Origin: Zymomonas mobilis subsp. mobilis ATCC 10988
GTDB taxonomy: Bacteria; Pseudomonadota; Alphaproteobacteria; Sphingomonadales; Sphingomonadaceae
Reading direction: 5' to 3'
NCBI RefSeq assembly: GCF_000175255.2
Contig: NC_017262.1
Span: forward strand, 1,800,001 to 1,832,000
Length of the DNA: 32,000 nt
The stretch's first letter is position 1, and each line of letters opens with the position of its first letter. The translations under genes were made by a program, and so were the position numbers. Below are positions 29,700 through 32,000 of the stretch, one piece after another. The notes beneath the pieces are model-generated. The model ran no database searches, was not told the DNA's origin, and saw nothing but the letters and a program-made list of their open reading frames with translations.

Positions 29700-31625
29700 T
29701 TAAAGCCCAAACATTCGGGCAACATGGAAAACGATTGTCGAAGCAACATAGGCAAGGGTGAACAGATAACCCAAGGTGAATAACGGCCATTTCCAACCAT
29801 TGGTTTCACGACGGATCACAGCGATAGTGGACAGACATTGCGGCGCAAAAACAAACCACGCCAGAAAAGCCAGGGCTTGCGATAATGGCCAGGCTTTTCT
29901 AAGCGTTTCGATCAGGGATTCTTGCGTTTTTTCTTCATCGCTACTGTCAATTGAATAGACTGTTGCCAAGGCGCTAACCGCGACTTCACGCGCCGCCATA
30001 GCGGGAATAACGGCCATGGTCATCGCATGATTAAAACCGGCAGGCTTCATGATTGGGTCAAGGGCTGCCGCCACCCGTCCGGCAATAGAATATTCACTTT
30101 GCGGCACGCCTTCCGGCGCACGCGGAAAGGCCAAAACAGCCCATAAAGCGACCGATACCGTCAAAATGATCGTGCCAGCGCGCTTTAAAAAGATCATCGC
30201 TCTTTGCCATAATCCTAACATAATATCGCGCAAGATCGGCATTTGGTAACGCGGCATTTCGATCAGAAACAGGCCGGATTTGCCTTTAGCGAGGGTATAG
30301 CGGAAAATCAAAGCCACCAGCATAGCGGCAACAATACCCGCAACATACAGCAAGAACATTACCAAGCCTTGCAAGCCAATCTTCAAACCGATTTCCTTAT
30401 CAGGCACAAAAGCACCAATAAGAACACTATAGACAGGAAGACGCGCAGAGCAGGTCATCAAAGGCGCGATCAAAATCGTCGTTAAACGGCTTTTCGGGTC
30501 TTCGATCGAACGGGTCGCCATAATGCCGGGAATGGCACAGGCAAAAGAGGATAACAGCGGAATAAAGGCACGGCCAGTCAAGCCCACTTTTGCCATCAAT
30601 CTGTCCATCAAGAAGGCTGCCCGCACCATATAGCCGGAACCTTCCAAAAGCAGGATAAACAAAAACAGGATTAAAATCTGGGGCAAAAAGACCAGAACGG
30701 AGCCGACACCGGCAATCACCCCATCGACAATCAAGGAACGGATCAGACCTTCTGGCAGTAACGGCCTGATATAGGCCTCAAAAGCCGTGAATCCGTCTTC
30801 AATCCAACCAATCGGGGTTTGCGACCAAGCAAAAACCGCCTGAAACATAAAAAACATCAGGCCAGCCAGAATGATCGGGCCCAAAATTGGATGCAAAACA
30901 ATATCATCGATTTTCTGCGTCCAACCCTTGGGCTTGTGAACGACCTTGGTGACTTCCTTGGTCAGACGTTGGGCTTCCGGTTGGTAAGAAGAAATATCTT
31001 TTAAAACCGGCGCTCCACTCGCGGCCAAGACGGCGGCGGCTTCGCTCTTGTCGGAAGGTTGTTCGGCCATCTGATCGACCAGATGGGCAACTTCCTGTTT
31101 GACTTCTTCAATACCGCGCCGTCTGACCGCTACCGTTGGGATAACCTTGGCGCCCAGCTTTTCAGACAACAGATTGATATCAATCTTCAAACCATCACGC
31201 TCGGCCATATCGACCATGTTCAGCGCGAAAACAGTTGGAATCTTCAAGCTCAATAGCTGCAAGGCAAAACGCAAATGAAGCCCAAGATTGGTTGCATCCA
31301 AAACGACAAGCAAGATATCCGGTATTTTTTCATTCGGCATCTGGCCGAATAAAACATCACGGGTCACCCGTTCATCGGCACTTCCGGGATCAAGACTATA
31401 GGTGCCGGGCAAATCGACCACTTCAACAGGGCGACCATCCGGCAAAGCCATGTGGCCATATTTTCGTTCAACCGTCACCCCGGGATAATTGCCGACCTTC
31501 TGATGCGCGCCGGTCAAGGCGTTGAATAAGGCAGATTTCCCCGTATTCGGATTGCCAACCATGGCAATCAAAGGGTTGTGGTTGTCAATAGAGGGGGGCG
31601 AATTATCTTCGCAATGTCCGTTCAT
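29700..31625 (-). CDS. feoB: Ferrous iron transport protein B
   Basis: 'VGNPNTGKSALFNALTGAHQKVGNYPGVTVERK' G-protein domain and 'DLPGTYSL', followed by a transporter domain. Confidence 0.97.
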   Translation of the reverse strand: MNGHCEDNSPPSIDNHNPLIAMVGNPNTGKSALFNALTGAHQKVGNYPGVTVERKYGHMALPDGRPVEVVDLPGTYSLDPGSADERVTRDVLFGQMPNEKIPDILLVVLDATNLGLHLRFALQLLSLKIPTVFALNMVDMAERDGLKIDINLLSEKLGAKVIPTVAVRRRGIEEVKQEVAHLVDQMAEQPSDKSEAAAVLAASGAPVLKDISSYQPEAQRLTKEVTKVVHKPKGWTQKIDDIVLHPILGPIILAGLMFFMFQAVFAWSQTPIGWIEDGFTAFEAYIRPLLPEGLIRSLIVDGVIAGVGSVLVFLPQILILFLFILLLEGSGYMVRAAFLMDRLMAKVGLTGRAFIPLLSSFACAIPGIMATRSIEDPKSRLTTILIAPLMTCSARLPVYSVLIGAFVPDKEIGLKIGLQGLVMFLLYVAGIVAAMLVALIFRYTLAKGKSGLFLIEMPRYQMPILRDIMLGLWQRAMIFLKRAGTIILTVSVALWAVLAFPRAPEGVPQSEYSIAGRVAAALDPIMKPAGFNHAMTMAVIPAMAAREVAVSALATVYSIDSSDEEKTQESLIETLRKAWPLSQALAFLAWFVFAPQCLSTIAVIRRETNGWKWPLFTLGYLFTLAYVASTIVFHVARMFGL

Positions 31626-31630
31626 GGAAG

Positions 31631-31951
31631 TCAGGCCTGTCCTACAGTTGATCGGGAAGAGGACGCTTTTTCCGAAAGGGCTGGTTCCGGTGCGGCATCA
31701 GGGTCTTTAACAGAAATAACCGAAGCCTCTTGCTGTCGAATAGCAATCAATATTCTATCAACTCGACAGGCAATCGGGTCACGACTGATCGGGGCAAAAT
31801 GCTGTAATTCGACTTCGGCACCTTTATGAAAACCCAAATCCCGCAAACGGCGTCCGATTTCTGGGGGTAACGCAGACCAATCGATATCCGTGATAACCGT
31901 TGCTTTCTTTAATGGCATCTCATTAAGGCGCATAGTTATTATCCTGTTCAA
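31631..31951 (-). CDS. feoA: Ferrous iron transport protein A
   Basis: SH3-like FeoA fold pattern 'RRLRDLGFHKGAEVELQHFAPISRDPIACRVDRILIAIRQQEASVISV', directly upstream of feoB. Confidence 0.92.
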   Translation of the reverse strand: MNRIITMRLNEMPLKKATVITDIDWSALPPEIGRRLRDLGFHKGAEVELQHFAPISRDPIACRVDRILIAIRQQEASVISVKDPDAAPEPALSEKASSSRSTVGQA

Positions 31952-32000
31952 ACCAGATTATGTTCTGTTCTTTCGCTCTTTATTAACGCCAAAACCATAA

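Overview
The window looks like an alphaproteobacterial chromosome segment. Gene content and order, including an anaerobic PFL pair next to cytochrome bd and a squalene-hopene cyclase, resemble Zymomonas mobilis; this is recognition, not a database match. Most of it is housekeeping DNA: partial cydA, pflB-pflA, a TonB receptor / kinase-like / PnuC group, ynfA, tRNA-Lys(CTT), a DUF481 outer-membrane protein, rppH, an SDR gene, purF, gshA, rsmE, thiL-nusB-hisD-hisG, bolA, tetR-shc, a J-domain protein with cobS-cobT, ssb and feoAB. The main accessory locus is at 11.9-13.45 kb. It holds a type I-F-like CRISPR array (8 canonical repeats, 1 degenerate terminal repeat, 8 spacers) with no cas genes in the window. 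An 847-bp IS5-family element with TA target duplications sits directly against the leader-proximal repeat and separates the array from its presumed leader. One spacer forms a perfect 7-bp-stem hairpin followed by a T-tract. The IS transposase is split across two frames, with two canonical -1 slippery heptamers 9 nt apart. I found no clear evidence for a wholly novel system. The IS-split CRISPR array and the candidate vitamin uptake/trapping group are the best leads.
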